This document shows, one piece after another, positions 56,511-64,000 of a DNA stretch of 64,000 nt. The DNA lies in contig JAJACI010000002.1 in assembly GCA_022601595.1 (NCBI GenBank), forward strand, positions 12,523 through 76,522, written 5' to 3'. The stretch comes from Chlamydiia bacterium. Its GTDB lineage: Bacteria; Chlamydiota; Chlamydiia; Chlamydiales; 2-12-FULL-49-11. A program made the translations under genes and the position numbers. The first letter of the stretch is position 1. Each line of letters starts with the position of its first letter. The notes under the pieces were generated by a model. The model made no database searches. It saw nothing but the letters and a program-made list of their open reading frames with translations, and was not told the origin of the DNA.

Positions 56511-56663
56511 AGTCATTACCGTTTCATATGGCATATCTTCTGCTAATTTTTGTAGCTTTTTGATAAATGCATCTCACAAATATTTAAAATATTAGCTTGC
56601 TAAACTCTCCAAAATTCCCTCAAATATTCATTGAACAGTACGACATATGAAACGGTAACGACT
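56511..56663 (+). mobile_element. Family B 153-bp MITE-like element, copy B2
   Basis: agtcattaccgtttcatatg ... catatgaaacggtaacgact inverted termini. Same length and nearly the same interior as B3. Confidence 0.85.
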
Positions 56664-56773
56664 ATAGTATAAATAAAATTTTAACAAGCCCCCCCCTATC
56701 TAGCGCAATAGATTTTTCTTTTCATAAAAGAGCTTTTAGGTTAAGATTTTATTAAAAAAGAAAAGAAGGATCT

Positions 56774-57373
56774 TTGGAGAATACAAATACAGCACTGACC
56801 AATGCTTACAGCACCCCTTTCACCATCAATGAAACAGGAGACCAAGCTGTTAAAAATAATACATCAAAGAATCATGGTCGCTTCCCTTCAGACTGGGGCG
56901 GGAAAATCCGTTTAAAACGAGCTGTTAGGAAAATGCTTGAGCCATGGTTTAACAGTCCTCTAAACGTCTTTGAAAGGCAGGTTATGATCCTTGGAGATAC
57001 AACCAAATGCTATAAAACTTTAACCGCAATTGTCACCATTACCGATCTTTCCCTTAGAATTCTTACCACAGTAGGAATCTTTTTTTTAATGTCCACAATA
57101 CAAATATGTGCTCTAAAAACTAGATATAAAATTAATTCTGCATTAAGATCTAAACTACAAGGAACTTGGGCAATACACCTAATTGAGAAGCCATCACTGG
57201 CAAGCAAAAAAAACGAAGTTGGATCTCAGTTATTAAGCAGTTCCGTAGTAAGCATTGCTTTCAGCTTTTTTCTCTATGAAAATTTATCGACTAAAGAACA
57301 AGTTTTCTGTGCAACCGTGCAAACCTCGATAATTGGTCTCTCCGTTTACAAGCAAGTCAAAGCATTTACTTAA
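56774..57373 (+). CDS. Hypothetical membrane protein (199 aa)
   Basis: The ORF opens at TTG and the first ATGs are well downstream. Hydrophobic segments LTAIVTITDLSLRILTTVGIFFLMSTIQICAL and VVSIAFSFFLY. Start uncertain. Confidence 0.4.
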   Translation: MENTNTALTNAYSTPFTINETGDQAVKNNTSKNHGRFPSDWGGKIRLKRAVRKMLEPWFNSPLNVFERQVMILGDTTKCYKTLTAIVTITDLSLRILTTVGIFFLMSTIQICALKTRYKINSALRSKLQGTWAIHLIEKPSLASKKNEVGSQLLSSSVVSIAFSFFLYENLSTKEQVFCATVQTSIIGLSVYKQVKAFT

Positions 57374-57450
57374 TACCTGCTCTGATTATAAACCACAGCC
57401 TAACCGTATAAAAAGCCTACCAAATCCTCCTCTTGCATTTTTTTACTAAA

Positions 57451-57495
57451 AAGAAATCTGGAAAATTATAAAACTGCTCGTTTTTCAGAGTCTCC
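57451..57495 (+). repeat. Family A right-end fragment
   Basis: aagaaatctggaaaattataaaactgctcgtttttcagagtctcc equals the right 45 nt of family A. Confidence 0.75.
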
Positions 57496-57548
57496 TTAAT
57501 AAAATGCTGATAATCAAATGGTTATTTTTTATGGTTTTTCTATAAAGT

Positions 57549-59009
57549 CTACCTAGGTTTTTGCAAAATTTCTTTTACAATCCCCTTAACCTTGGAAGCT
57601 ATATTTTTTTCAAGATCACAAGTTTTAATAACTCTATCAGACTCTCTGAGATGCTCTTTTTTATTCACTCTCTTATCATAAAATATATCGCCAGGATGCC
57701 TACCTGGTTCAAAGGCAGTATCTGTACCTTCAAGATGAGAATGTAACTGAGGAAATCTTGATTTTAACCCTAAACTTAGATGATATTTATGATGACGTTG
57801 TTGGTACATAATAGATTTGCGTGCAGATATCGCCTCAGATAAAGAACCATCTCCTGTTACTAAAACCTCGTCCTCCGATGCCTTCATGAGGCCTATGCTA
57901 TCTTTATGAGAAATACTTCCCATGATCACTCTCATTGTTTTTAAATTAGAGGAATCTCGTACCCTAGCATGAGGGTTCATTTCTCTAATAGGTAAAAATT
58001 TCACTGCTACAATTTGATCTGAAGACTTATCATATCTGGCAACTTCAAGCATAAATATCCCACTAGAAACCAGTTCTCTTTGCACCTCTACTTGTAATAA
58101 AGATGAATGAGTACATTCTGCCCCTCCAATGGCAGTATTACCAAGATATTTACTTTGATCCCCTGCTTCTGCTAAAATATCATGATCCCCCATTAGAAAA
58201 ATGGTCATATTTTTTTTTTGCAACTCAGCATTTGTTGAAGCTCTGGGCATACTACCTTGCATTTTTGCAAGTGCTAGCAAATATGTTATGGCAGACGGCG
58301 CGCCATCCCCTCCCCTTTCTTTGATTCCTTCTTCATTGGAATAGCCAAAAAATAGTCTATTTTCGCTTGAAAAATCGTTGCATCTTCTCTCTGTTGCCTT
58401 TCCTCCTAATATCGCCTGTTGAATTCCAGCGCTTACCTCAGGTAAAGCCGAAAGCCTCTGCTTTGGATCTTTCATCTTACTGCTCCACTTAACCAACTCC
58501 TTATCTAGAAATATTCCTTTTTCAGGGGGTCTGTCAGAGCACCCGGGAACGATACTTCCATCTGCAATCAAACCGGTATTTATCGCGCCTTCACCATGAG
58601 TAACACCATATTCCCCCCAATCCAATATAGGAACAACCCTTTTACCCAAATGCTCAGGCAACACCCTTTCTTTTAAAAAATCTCCTTCAAAAGCAACGAT
58701 CATATCAGGTTCAAATTTTCCAATATTTTTTAATGGATGAAATTCTACCCCAGGAAAATAACTATCTAAATCCCTTCCTTTGTCATTATCCATAAATACT
58801 TGCATGTTCTCACGAGGTATCTTCTTGCTAAAAGTCTTATGAAAAAATTGCTGAATCCTGTCAACAGATGCATAATCTCCCATACCCCCTAAATCCTGAC
58901 CAATAATTGCTATTTTAGGCTTTCCTTGTATAGGAGAAGTAGAAGGAGGCCTTGCTTTAGATCCACCTCCACCATGGGCTGAAGATGTCTTAGGGCCAAT
59001 ATTTTCCAT
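57549..59009 (-). CDS. Hypothetical protein (486 aa), effector-like
   Basis: Long ATG-to-stop ORF with a low-complexity N-terminus (SSAHGGGGSKARPPSTSP). No firm motif recognised. Confidence 0.6.
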   Translation of the reverse strand: MENIGPKTSSAHGGGGSKARPPSTSPIQGKPKIAIIGQDLGGMGDYASVDRIQQFFHKTFSKKIPRENMQVFMDNDKGRDLDSYFPGVEFHPLKNIGKFEPDMIVAFEGDFLKERVLPEHLGKRVVPILDWGEYGVTHGEGAINTGLIADGSIVPGCSDRPPEKGIFLDKELVKWSSKMKDPKQRLSALPEVSAGIQQAILGGKATERRCNDFSSENRLFFGYSNEEGIKERGGDGAPSAITYLLALAKMQGSMPRASTNAELQKKNMTIFLMGDHDILAEAGDQSKYLGNTAIGGAECTHSSLLQVEVQRELVSSGIFMLEVARYDKSSDQIVAVKFLPIREMNPHARVRDSSNLKTMRVIMGSISHKDSIGLMKASEDEVLVTGDGSLSEAISARKSIMYQQRHHKYHLSLGLKSRFPQLHSHLEGTDTAFEPGRHPGDIFYDKRVNKKEHLRESDRVIKTCDLEKNIASKVKGIVKEILQKPR

Positions 59010-59410
59010 AACTAACCAAGTTTTTTATTCTAACAATAAATATAAATTAATAACTATCAACAAATAAATATTATAAATGAATTGTTGATGTCCATAAATA
59101 AGAATAATGCTAAAATATATGTAAATGAATAAAAGGATTTACAACATGGAAAGTATAAACAATTCTTTAAACAAATACAACCCTGACATACCATATGCAG
59201 AGCTTCAGAGAGATCCCTCTGAACAAGTAAATATAAAACAGGTAAGTTATATAAGCTCAAGCACTAAAGAAAATACTTTATACCGAATATTTCAAAGTCG
59301 ACAAGCTAGACGCGCCACCTCAAATACTTAAATTTTTTTTTATACCGTAATTTGGTAATAGACCCACAAGAAGCCTGATCAACTCTTACCAGAATAGACT
59401 CTTGCATAGT

Positions 59411-59684
59411 GAGATGATAGTAAATGGTGTTTTTTGGGATGAGATCTTTCCTATTTTGGGGCGATAGTATACAGTCATTTCCGTTTCATATGACATATCT
59501 TCTGCTAATTTTTGTAGCTTTTTGATAAATGCATCTTGCTAATATTTATAATATTAGCTCGCTGAATTGATCAATAACCCCTCAAAAATTCATTGAATAA
59601 TACGCCATATGAAACGGCAATGACTATACAAAAGCATGGTACTCAGAGCCCCAAAATAGTCAAAGAGATCGCACAAAAAACACC
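59411..59684 (+). repeat. Family C long hairpin C7, apex interrupted by B3
   Basis: Left arm gagatgatagtaaatggtg...ctattttggggc, apex gatagtatac[B3]atacaaaagcatggtactcaga, right arm gccccaaaatagtcaaagagatcgcacaaaaaacacc. Confidence 0.75.
59473..59625 (+). mobile_element. Family B 153-bp MITE-like element, copy B3
   Basis: agtcatttccgtttcatatg ... catatgaaacggcaatgact, flanked by atac/atac. The paralogous site in C8 (59901-59904, gtac) is empty. Confidence 0.9.
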
Positions 59685-59730
59685 CTCTCCGATGAAGATA
59701 AATACGTTAAAAGACTTTTTGTGCAGGAAA

Positions 59731-59790
59731 GTTTTTATTTTTTCTGTCGATAGCGTACGTGTGGTACTCGGAGACAGAAAAAAGGAAAAA
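59731..59790 (+). repeat. Family C hairpin C6 (short arms)
   Basis: ttttttctgtc-gatagcgtacgtgtggtactcgga-gacagaaaaaa, with a partially paired extension. Confidence 0.5.
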
Positions 59791-59958
59791 TAGACCCACA
59801 AGAAGCCCGATCAACTCTTACCAGAATAGACTCTTGCATAGTGAGATGATAGCAAATGGTGTTTTTTGGGATGAGATCTTTCCTATTTTGGGGCGATAGT
59901 GTACAAAAGCATGGTACTCAGAGCCCCAAAATAGTGGAAGAGATCGCACAAAAAACAC
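59790..59958 (+). repeat. Segmental duplication, copy 2 (uninterrupted)
   Basis: Near-identical to 59358-59472 plus 59626-59684. Confidence 0.85.
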
Positions 59959-59974
59959 TATTTGCTATCATCTC
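59843..59974 (+). repeat. Family C long hairpin C8, overlapping the lysS stop codon
   Basis: 52-nt arms gagatgatagcaaatggtgttttttgggatgagatctttcctattttggggc / gccccaaaatagtggaagagatcgcacaaaaaacactatttgctatcatctc. Apex at 59895-59922 is gatagtgtacaaaagcatggtactcaga. Confidence 0.8.
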
Positions 59975-61548
59975 ATCATGGGGAAGAACAATACATCGCG
60001 TATTGAGGTCTCTCCTGTAAAGAGCATCACTAGGCGATCAATCCCTATTCCATTTCCTGAGCATGGGGGCATTCCTTGGCAGATGGATTCTATAAAATCT
60101 TCATCTAGTGGTGATGCTTCATCGTCGCCTGCCTCTAGTTGCTTTTGTTGATCTTCTAGGAGTTTTCTTTGGAGGATTGGGTCGTTTAGCTCTGAGTAGG
60201 CGTTACATGCCTCCATTCCGAGCATAAACGCTTCAAAGCGTTCTACCATCCCTTCTCTGGCATCGCTTTCATTTCTATGAAGTTTACATAGCGGAGTGGT
60301 TTCTATTGGATGATCGATAATAAAGTGCGGCTGAATAAGAGATTCTTCTGAGAACTCTTCAAACATGTAGGCAATTAGATTACCGCGCGCTGCTTTTTTA
60401 AGTTTATCAGGGTGAATCATACTCTTTTCTTTCAGCTCTTTTTTCATATCATCATCTGACATGGTATCCACATCGTATTTGCCGTAGGTTTTGATGGCAT
60501 CTTTCATGGTCATTCGTATCCATGGTGCTTTAACATCAATTTGATGGGCATTTCCTTTACGATCTTTTCTCTCTCCAATTGCGGTTGTTCCAAAAATTTC
60601 TTGAGCTAAATAAGCGTATAAATTTTCGGTAAAGCGCATCATATCCTTATAATCCCAGTAAGAGGCATAAAATTCTACGCTTGTAAATTCTGGGTTATGT
60701 GTTGCATCGATCCCTTCATTACGGAAGATCTTTCCAATTTGATAGACTTTAGGAATGCCTCCCACTACTAATTTTTTAAGGGGCAGTTCTGTTGCAATAC
60801 GTAAAAAGAGGTCTTTCTTCAAAGCGTTTAGATGGGTGGTAAAGGGCTTTGCCTGAGCGCCGCCATAAAGACTTTCCAGGATAGGTGTTTCCACACCCAT
60901 AAACCCCGCATCTTCTAGGTATCTTCTAAGTAGAGAGGTTATCTTGCTACGCATTTTAAAAGTATCAATCACTTCTTTGTTAGCAATCATATCAAGCCAC
61001 CGTTTACGATAGCGAGATTCTTTATCCACAAGGCCTGCGTGTTTATCAGGAAGAGGTAATAAAGACTTGGTAAGAAGCGTTACCTCTGAGGCAAAAATGG
61101 TGAGCTCCCCTTTTTTTGTTCTAAAAAGGTGCCCTTCTACCCCTATAATATCCCCTAAATCTACCATCTTTTCTAAAAACTTATGAGCTGAAACGTCTAG
61201 ATCATCTTTTAAACCATGCACTTTTGTAGCATCTCTATTAAACAGTACCTGTATACGCGCGCCATCTTCTTGGATAGAGGCGAAGATATTTTTTCCCATT
61301 GATCTATGCAAAACAATGCGCCCTGATGCTTTTACATGATCGCTCCGCTTTTCTTTTCCATCTTCAAAAGACCCCACCTCATCATCTTCAGTATAATTAC
61401 CCAAAACATCTTCAATTGTATGGGTATTTTCATAATTATGGGGGTAGGGATCTACTCCTAGATCTCTTATTTCTTCAAGCTTGCGTAGCCTATTCTTATA
61501 TTCCTCATACTCGTGATATTCCACTTTCTTTTCATTTGTCGCTTGCAT
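59968..61548 (-). CDS. lysS: Lysyl-tRNA synthetase, class II
   Basis: OB-fold N-domain plus class II catalytic core (FRNEGID, GGIGIDRLVM). Confidence 0.95.
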   Translation of the reverse strand: MQATNEKKVEYHEYEEYKNRLRKLEEIRDLGVDPYPHNYENTHTIEDVLGNYTEDDEVGSFEDGKEKRSDHVKASGRIVLHRSMGKNIFASIQEDGARIQVLFNRDATKVHGLKDDLDVSAHKFLEKMVDLGDIIGVEGHLFRTKKGELTIFASEVTLLTKSLLPLPDKHAGLVDKESRYRKRWLDMIANKEVIDTFKMRSKITSLLRRYLEDAGFMGVETPILESLYGGAQAKPFTTHLNALKKDLFLRIATELPLKKLVVGGIPKVYQIGKIFRNEGIDATHNPEFTSVEFYASYWDYKDMMRFTENLYAYLAQEIFGTTAIGERKDRKGNAHQIDVKAPWIRMTMKDAIKTYGKYDVDTMSDDDMKKELKEKSMIHPDKLKKAARGNLIAYMFEEFSEESLIQPHFIIDHPIETTPLCKLHRNESDAREGMVERFEAFMLGMEACNAYSELNDPILQRKLLEDQQKQLEAGDDEASPLDEDFIESICQGMPPCSGNGIGIDRLVMLFTGETSIRDVLFFPMMR

Positions 61549-62932
61549 AATTCTCCTTTTTCCTCACAAGGCATTTTTCTTTTGTATCTTCGACGGTATA
61601 ACCGGCCGCTTCTATTAATTTTCTCATCGTATCAGCAAGCGTATAATCTTTTTCTTTTCTTGCTAAAAATCTCTTTTCTGCTGCCTCTAAAATTGATGTC
61701 TCTATTTCTTCTTTTTCTTTGGTAAAAATAAAACCAAAAACATTTTCCCACTTTTCTAGAAGGATAACGATATTTTTTGTATCAATATCTTGCTCATCCA
61801 TACGCCCGTTTATATAACGGATAAAATCAAATAACACGGCAAAAGCGACAGGAGTATTTAAATCGTCTTGTACAGCTTCTAAAAACTGCTTCTCAAAGCT
61901 TTCTGTCTCTAAAACCACCTCTCCTTTAGACTCTGAGATACGTTCGATAAATATATCTAATCTAGAAAGACTTTTTCTTATTGCTAGCAGTCCGTCAAAA
62001 GTAAAGTTTAACTGCGTCCGATAGTGACTTGATAAGAATAGGGCTCGCACCTCTCTTCCTGAATACCCTTTATTTATCAGATCACGAAGGGTATAAAAAT
62101 TGCCAAGGCTCTTAGACATCTTCTTCCCTTCGACCAGCAAATGCTCGCTGTGCATCCAGTGACGGACAAAAGTTTTGCCGCTACACGCCTCTGATTGTGC
62201 TATCTCATTTTCATGATGAGGAAAGATATTATCCACACCGCCTGTGTGTAAATCAAAGGTCTCTCCAAGATAATGCATACTCATGCAAGAGCATTCAATA
62301 TGCCATCCAGGCCTCCCCTTGCCAAAAGGGCTTTCCCAATATATATCTCCATCTCGCTCTTTTTTATACCCTTTCCATAATACAAAATCGGTAGCAGCTT
62401 CCTTTTCATACTCATCACTATCAATGCGTGTAGACTTGCCTACCTCTAGATCATCCATTTTAAGGTGTGATAATGCTCCATAATCATCAAAGCTGTGTAT
62501 TCTAAAAAAAACATCTCCATCATCTGTCCTATAAGCATTTCCTTTGTCTATAAGCTCTGATATCATTTTTATCATCTCAGGGATAAACTCTGTTGCCTTT
62601 GGATACTTCTCTGCTTTCTCTACAGATAGCGTTTTTAGATCTTCTAAAAAAGCCTGTTCATAAGGTTCTGTATACTCTTTTAATGAGACCCCTTTTTCAA
62701 GGGCCCCTTTTATCGTCTTATCATCGATATCTGTTAGATTCATCACATGAAAGATATCCATGCCCAAAAATTTAATCGTGCGCCTTAATAGATCTTCAAA
62801 AACAAAAGTTCTCAAGTTTCCAATATGGGCATAATTATAAATGGTTGGGCCACATGTATACATACGAACGGTGTTATTTTTTTCTGGAGAAAAAGTAACT
62901 TTTTTCCTCTGCTTTGTATCAAAGATTTCCAT
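61532..62932 (-). CDS. cysS: Cysteinyl-tRNA synthetase
   Basis: HIGN and KMSKS signatures and a PGWHIECS zinc site. Overlaps the lysS start by 17 nt. Confidence 0.95.
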   Translation of the reverse strand: MEIFDTKQRKKVTFSPEKNNTVRMYTCGPTIYNYAHIGNLRTFVFEDLLRRTIKFLGMDIFHVMNLTDIDDKTIKGALEKGVSLKEYTEPYEQAFLEDLKTLSVEKAEKYPKATEFIPEMIKMISELIDKGNAYRTDDGDVFFRIHSFDDYGALSHLKMDDLEVGKSTRIDSDEYEKEAATDFVLWKGYKKERDGDIYWESPFGKGRPGWHIECSCMSMHYLGETFDLHTGGVDNIFPHHENEIAQSEACSGKTFVRHWMHSEHLLVEGKKMSKSLGNFYTLRDLINKGYSGREVRALFLSSHYRTQLNFTFDGLLAIRKSLSRLDIFIERISESKGEVVLETESFEKQFLEAVQDDLNTPVAFAVLFDFIRYINGRMDEQDIDTKNIVILLEKWENVFGFIFTKEKEEIETSILEAAEKRFLARKEKDYTLADTMRKLIEAAGYTVEDTKEKCLVRKKENYASDK

Positions 62933-62934
62933 CT

Positions 62935-64000
62935 CTACCTTTTCTCTTTTGTATCATTTACCTTTTCAAATAACTCGCGGTAACAAATCTTACCAGACTT
63001 TAATAAAGGCATTTCTCCCAATTTAACAATCTCATTGATTTTATACAAACGAGCAAAACCTTTTTCTTTTAAAGCAGTGTTCACCTGCTCTAAATTGGCA
63101 TCAAGCGTGGTAAATAAAACAATGCGCGTACTTGATCCCTGCTTTTCCTTAGGAACAACAGCAAAAACAGGAGAGGCAGACTGCTCTTTTGCCCATTTTT
63201 TCTCTGTTGCGCATTTTGAAAGGACTGTCTCAATTGCCTGAGCACTTATCATCTCTCCACCCCGTTTAAAACTGAGCTTCAAGCGTCCTTCTAAGAAAAG
63301 ATTTCCTTTATCATCAAAATAACCAAGATCACCAGTACGATAATACCTCTTCCCTTCGATATTAATAAATACGTCTCTATTATCATGCTTGTAATAACCA
63401 CTGAAAACAGAATCTCCTCGCGCTAAAACCTCGCCTACTTGATGAGGTCCTATCATCTTTTCTTCTGATTCAGTATTAATAATAATCACCTCTGCAGAAT
63501 CAACGACTTTTCCCACACCTTCCATCGTATTTTCAAAAACACTTCCGCAAGATAAAATAGGGGATGTTTCTGTAAGGCCGTACCCTTCTACAAATTTCAC
63601 ATGTCCAAGCTTTGCTATAAATTCAAGCAAACTTGCCTGCGCTTTTTCCGCACCTGATATCACCAGACGAAGTGTTTTTAATTGACCAATACTTGCAACC
63701 TTAAATAGATGGGCTAAAAATGTAGGTGCCATCATTAAGATGGTACATTTCCATTTTATTATTTGCTTAGAAAGGGTTCCCCCATCTAATGGATCTGGAG
63801 AAAAACAGACTCTTACACCCATAATTAAAGGTAGCAAACTCAAACTCCATCCAAATACATGAAAAGGAGGGAGACATTTCAACATCACATCTTCACTGCT
63901 TAGATTGATATTTTTAAGCGCTGACTTTTGATTTGAAATTACATTTCTATGTGTTAACGGTACCGCTTTTGGAAGCGCTGTAGAACCGCTTGTAAATAAT
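62935..64000 (-). CDS. AMP-dependent acyl-CoA/acyl-ACP synthetase-like ligase (aas-like), 5' end outside window
   Basis: The frame stays open from 63888 to the window edge, and the extra residues LFTSGSTALPKAVPLTH form the AMP-binding signature. Downstream motifs are GYGLTE and YRTGDLG. Confidence 0.85.
   Translation of the reverse strand, partial: LFTSGSTALPKAVPLTHRNVISNQKSALKNINLSSEDVMLKCLPPFHVFGWSLSLLPLIMGVRVCFSPDPLDGGTLSKQIIKWKCTILMMAPTFLAHLFKVASIGQLKTLRLVISGAEKAQASLLEFIAKLGHVKFVEGYGLTETSPILSCGSVFENTMEGVGKVVDSAEVIIINTESEEKMIGPHQVGEVLARGDSVFSGYYKHDNRDVFINIEGKRYYRTGDLGYFDDKGNLFLEGRLKLSFKRGGEMISAQAIETVLSKCATEKKWAKEQSASPVFAVVPKEKQGSSTRIVLFTTLDANLEQVNTALKEKGFARLYKINEIVKLGEMPLLKSGKICYRELFEKVNDTKEKR

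Larger units (their letters stand above)
59358..59684 (+). repeat. Segmental duplication, copy 1 (contains C7 and inserted B3)
   Basis: 59358-59472 and 59626-59684 are near-identical to 59790-59958. Confidence 0.85.

Noticed and set aside
59125-59793. Small ORFs 59125..59331 (68 aa) and 59593..59793 (66 aa)
   Set aside because: The second runs through repeats B3, C7 and C6, so its frame is repeat-derived. The first has no RBS or motif and lies in an AT-rich spacer. Neither is supportable.
61532-61548. 17-nt overlap of cysS and lysS and the 2-nt gap between aas and cysS as something unusual
   Set aside because: This is ordinary translational coupling in a compact operon, with nothing beyond that.

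Overview
AT-rich, gene-dense bacterial chromosomal segment with about 46 protein genes and one tmRNA. No rRNA, tRNA, CRISPR array, transposase or integrase gene was seen. The gene content is most consistent with an environmental Chlamydia-like organism (inference only). That content includes three tandem Pmp-like autotransporters and a class Ic-type ribonucleotide reductase: NrdB has Phe at the radical site, NrdA has a long multi-ATP-cone N-terminus, and two NrdR-box-like palindromes lie upstream. It also includes a PreP-like M16 protease, PssA, SucCD, HU, PriA and many signal-peptide or kinase-fold hypothetical proteins. Genes recognised with confidence are ssrA, a DEAD-box helicase, a TrmH/RlmB-like methylase, PIN-PhoH2, MscS, RmuC, pssA, nrdAB, hup, an M50 protease, sucCD, ftsY, adk, priA, lysS, cysS and an aas-like ligase. 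The most unusual content is non-coding: three interacting families of small foldback repeats occupy many intergenic gaps, mostly at gene 3' ends. Family A has eight full-length 160-bp MITE-like elements with GGAGACTCTGATAAAC termini, plus truncated and miniature derivatives. Family B has 153-bp MITE-like elements with AGTCATTNCCGTTTCATATG termini. Family C consists of long hairpins whose arms differ between copies but stay self-complementary, while an apical motif of about 23-28 nt (GAYAGTGTAY...GTACTCNGA) is conserved. Family C copies abut the stop codons of phoH2 and nrdA, overlap the lysS stop codon and abut the tmRNA 3' end, always in the same orientation relative to transcription. Nested insertions (A into C, B into C) and a filled-versus-empty paralogous site indicate recent mobility. 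The tmRNA 3' end is duplicated about 140 bp away, marking a decayed integration hotspot. Repeat coordinates were read by eye and may be off by 1-2 nt.
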